A stretch of DNA of 18,429 bases from Oligoflexus sp. (GTDB lineage: Bacteria > Bdellovibrionota_B > Oligoflexia > Oligoflexales > Oligoflexaceae), in contig JBGSTX010000102.1 of the NCBI GenBank assembly GCA_041736305.1, positions 1 through 18,429 of the forward strand, in the 5' to 3' direction. Numbering within the stretch: position 1 is the stretch's first letter; the number at the start of each line of letters is the position of its first letter. Below are positions 15,900-18,429 of the stretch, piece after piece. The position numbers and the translations under genes were made by a program. The notes beneath the pieces were generated by a model. It did not search any database and was not told where the DNA came from. It saw only the letters and a list, made by a program, of their open reading frames with translations.

Positions 15900-16490
15900 T
15901 TAGGGATAAAGAAGCGTGCGCGACCATTCGCCCTTCGTCTGCTGCTTATAGACGTAGCGCTGATGAAGGCGATAAGGTTTTTCTATCCAGAATTCTATGC
16001 TTTCTGGTGCAATACGCCAACCAGACCAGTGTGCAGGCCGTGGGACTTGGCCATTCGCAAAGAGAGTATGAAGGTCTTTGAGACGCCCTTCGAATTCAGC
16101 TCGCTCATTTAAGCTTTGAGATTGGAGAGATGCCCAGGCGCCCAGCTGACTTTCTCGCGGTCGGGAAGCGAAATAGGCGTCTGCTTCAGCTGTCTTCACT
16201 TCTTCTACACGACCGGTGATCCGTACCTGCTTGCGCGTCGTTTCCCAAAAAAAGCAGGCCGAAGCCCAGCCAGTGGCTTTGATTTCCTGGGACTTTTGGC
16301 TGGTGTAGTTGGTGAAAAATACGAGTCCATCTTGATCAAAATGCTTCATAAGTACCATTCGTACGGCAGGAATTCCTTCGCTACTTACAGTCGCAAGAGC
16401 CATGGCATGGGGATCGCGCAGAGGCGTCTGTCTAGCCTCCTCAAACCATGTCAAAAATTCAGTTACGGGATCGTACGCAGGCTGTGTCAT
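15900..16490 (-). CDS. pdxH: Pyridoxamine 5'-phosphate oxidase
   Basis: MALATV, RMVLMK, FFTNYTSQK, KQVRITG, YFASRPRESQLGAWASLQS, RPAHWSGWR, EFW...RLHQR, LYP end. Confidence 0.96.
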   Translation of the reverse strand: MTQPAYDPVTEFLTWFEEARQTPLRDPHAMALATVSSEGIPAVRMVLMKHFDQDGLVFFTNYTSQKSQEIKATGWASACFFWETTRKQVRITGRVEEVKTAEADAYFASRPRESQLGAWASLQSQSLNERAEFEGRLKDLHTLFANGQVPRPAHWSGWRIAPESIEFWIEKPYRLHQRYVYKQQTKGEWSRTLLYP

Positions 16491-16565
16491 CGGCTCGACC
16501 TTTCTTAGCGACGAAAGCCGTATCTTAGCGCTTTAGAAATTTCGGGCTAGTTGAATTCTCGACTT

Positions 16566-18429
16566 TTAGAGTTCGCCGCCTAGGTCGAAGAGAATGCCCG
16601 GTTTCGTATCTGTCGAATCGCCAAGGCGCCGGTAAAGGACGGTATAGAGAGCAAGCTGTAGAAGGGTTATCGAGGATTTTCCGACCACATCGCCACCGAA
16701 GGGGAGCGCATAGCCCACACCAGCCACATGCGCCGACGTATTCGGATCGTGCATAAGGGCCCAATCGGAATAGGCCTTGAAGGTCGAACGTCGCGGTAAA
16801 ACAAAGAACGAATCGGGTAGAGGTAGCCTGGCCGGCAGCGAGAGATCAAAGTTTGCCGATCGGATCTTGAGCGCGGCGGGGAGTTTAGGACTGTCGAGAC
16901 GAATGCGGGCCTCACCTAAATTCTGCGGTAAAAAGAGAGCTCCACCTGGCGCTTCGCCGTCAACCCGCACCGAGCCCATGAAACCGCGGAGCCGGAGCTG
17001 CAGCCAGGGCATTTCGCAGCCAATCTTTGATATAGCAGAGCTTCGTGCATAGCCGAAGTCACCTTTGGGGACCCAGGTGCTCGCTTCGTATTCAACTTTC
17101 ATTTCATAGCTGCAGACATCGAGCTTGTCTGTTCGGTAGGCGAGCGCCAGAGCCGAGCTTATATGATTGCTATCGGGATCGCCAATTATCTGGCGAAAGC
17201 GCAGCCGTGATTCAGCGCTTATCGAATCGAGATTTTTTAGAAGCGGTGAACGCTGCAGCCGCAGATCCCACAGTCGTTCGCCAGGTGCCGTATTGCCGTC
17301 GCTATCTGCGATTGAAAACGTCGCCGCGAGGGCGAGATCAGGGATATTATGGTTGTAAGCAGCCCGCAGCCCAAAGGCACCCCGGTCCGGAAAATAGTAA
17401 AACATTCCTGAGAGGCCCGATCCTATATAGCGGAGAACCTGCCAGTTGAGTTGTAAGGATAAGGACTGGCCCGGTAACTTTGAGGCCAAAGGCACCCAGA
17501 GGACCGTGTAAGCGTCATCACGGAGGGTTCGGGCACTGCCCGGAAAGAGGGTAAGCTGAGGGATGCGGTCGGAGTTATTATAGCGATCACTATCAAAAAT
17601 CGCCCGCTGCGAGTCAATCTGAATCTCGTCGATGTCGCTGGGATCACTGTCGAGGTGAATGAAGGATACTTCTGCGTCACCAGCCACTTCCTGATTGTAA
17701 AGAACACCTGTCTTGGTCTTGATACTGACGTCGGCAGCCACCCAAAGCGAACTCAGCTGGCGAATTTCAAGACGTGATCCGCCCTTTTCAAGATCCTTTT
17801 CGACCTCACCGACGGCGAGATTGGGCCAGCTATCGCTCTCCCAGAACCTCTGCAAATCATGGCGAGCACGGGGGCGATGCACCTCGCTTTCGAGAGTTTC
17901 CAGTACCGCACGAGGGCTCATGTTCTCCTGCGCGAAGCGCTGGACGAGGCGCTTTATCCAATTGCCGTAAGCGGGTTCACGCAGGTACCAACGCAAGTAG
18001 CGCAGAGCCTGCGAGTGTCGAATAAAATTGAAAGGGGCGCTGAGACCGGTGAGCTTGCGCGATTGCAAGTTGGCATCGATCAAGCCGTTAATTGGATAAT
18101 TTAAACTCAAAAGCGCGGCCTGGAGATCCTGCGCCTGACGGAAGTGAAACTGCAGGTAGGCCTCTTCACCCTTGTCACCTATGAAGAGATTGCTGAGCAG
18201 TCGCTCGCTTTCCACATGCTGCAGCATCATGTCGTCGGCGAAGCCTTGCACCAGCCAGTAGTCATCGAGTGAAGCAGGCTTTATTGCCAAACCGAACCAT
18301 TGCTCAGCCAAGGCCCGCGAGAGCTGCCAGACGTTCCAGTGGAGATATTCCTCCTGCAGCATTTGCATCATTTTCTGCTGTGGCTTGTTCAGTGCAATGA
18401 GTCCAGAAGCATTGAAGGGCTCAAAATCA
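16566..18429 (-). CDS. Large protein, 5' end outside the window: M1 aminopeptidase-like domain with degenerate Zn site, plus a beta-strand-rich C-terminal (possible outer-membrane barrel) region
   Basis: Frame stays open from 18371 to the window edge (DFEPFNASGLIALNKPQQKMM...). SRALAEQWFG...DDYWLVQGFA aligns with the M1 consensus AHExAHQWFG...WLNEGFA. QIDSQRAIFDSDRYNN resembles the M1 post-catalytic IDP...D...NN segment. The C-terminal half has alternating amphipathic strands. Confidence 0.7.
   Translation of the reverse strand, partial: DFEPFNASGLIALNKPQQKMMQMLQEEYLHWNVWQLSRALAEQWFGLAIKPASLDDYWLVQGFADDMMLQHVESERLLSNLFIGDKGEEAYLQFHFRQAQDLQAALLSLNYPINGLIDANLQSRKLTGLSAPFNFIRHSQALRYLRWYLREPAYGNWIKRLVQRFAQENMSPRAVLETLESEVHRPRARHDLQRFWESDSWPNLAVGEVEKDLEKGGSRLEIRQLSSLWVAADVSIKTKTGVLYNQEVAGDAEVSFIHLDSDPSDIDEIQIDSQRAIFDSDRYNNSDRIPQLTLFPGSARTLRDDAYTVLWVPLASKLPGQSLSLQLNWQVLRYIGSGLSGMFYYFPDRGAFGLRAAYNHNIPDLALAATFSIADSDGNTAPGERLWDLRLQRSPLLKNLDSISAESRLRFRQIIGDPDSNHISSALALAYRTDKLDVCSYEMKVEYEASTWVPKGDFGYARSSAISKIGCEMPWLQLRLRGFMGSVRVDGEAPGGALFLPQNLGEARIRLDSPKLPAALKIRSANFDLSLPARLPLPDSFFVLPRRSTFKAYSDWALMHDPNTSAHVAGVGYALPFGGDVVGKSSITLLQLALYTVLYRRLGDSTDTKPGILFDLGGEL

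Overview
Bacterial chromosomal window with roughly balanced GC. The gene style suggests Bdellovibrionota/Oligoflexia, but that is an inference. No rRNA, tRNA, CRISPR array or mobile element was seen. The left 7.4 kb is a minus-strand signalling cluster: hybrid PAS-GAF histidine kinase, then an NtrC-family sigma-54 activator, then a sigma-54 (-24/-12) promoter, then a translationally coupled trio of a small secreted protein, a family-5 solute-binding protein with no adjacent ABC permease/ATPase, and a membrane histidine kinase. That kinase is missing from the ORF track because it runs off the window edge. This layout resembles a self-amplifying secreted-peptide sensing (quorum-sensing-like) circuit and is the main candidate for an undescribed system. 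The remainder holds a NagD-like HAD hydrolase, small secreted proteins and a lipoprotein (one with a PAKDP repeat, one behind a second sigma-54 promoter), a membrane protein with a FliG-C-like tail, a Dabb protein, a cNMP-binding protein, a ZIP-like plus CDF metal transporter pair, pdxH, and a partial M1-aminopeptidase-like protein with a degenerate zinc site.
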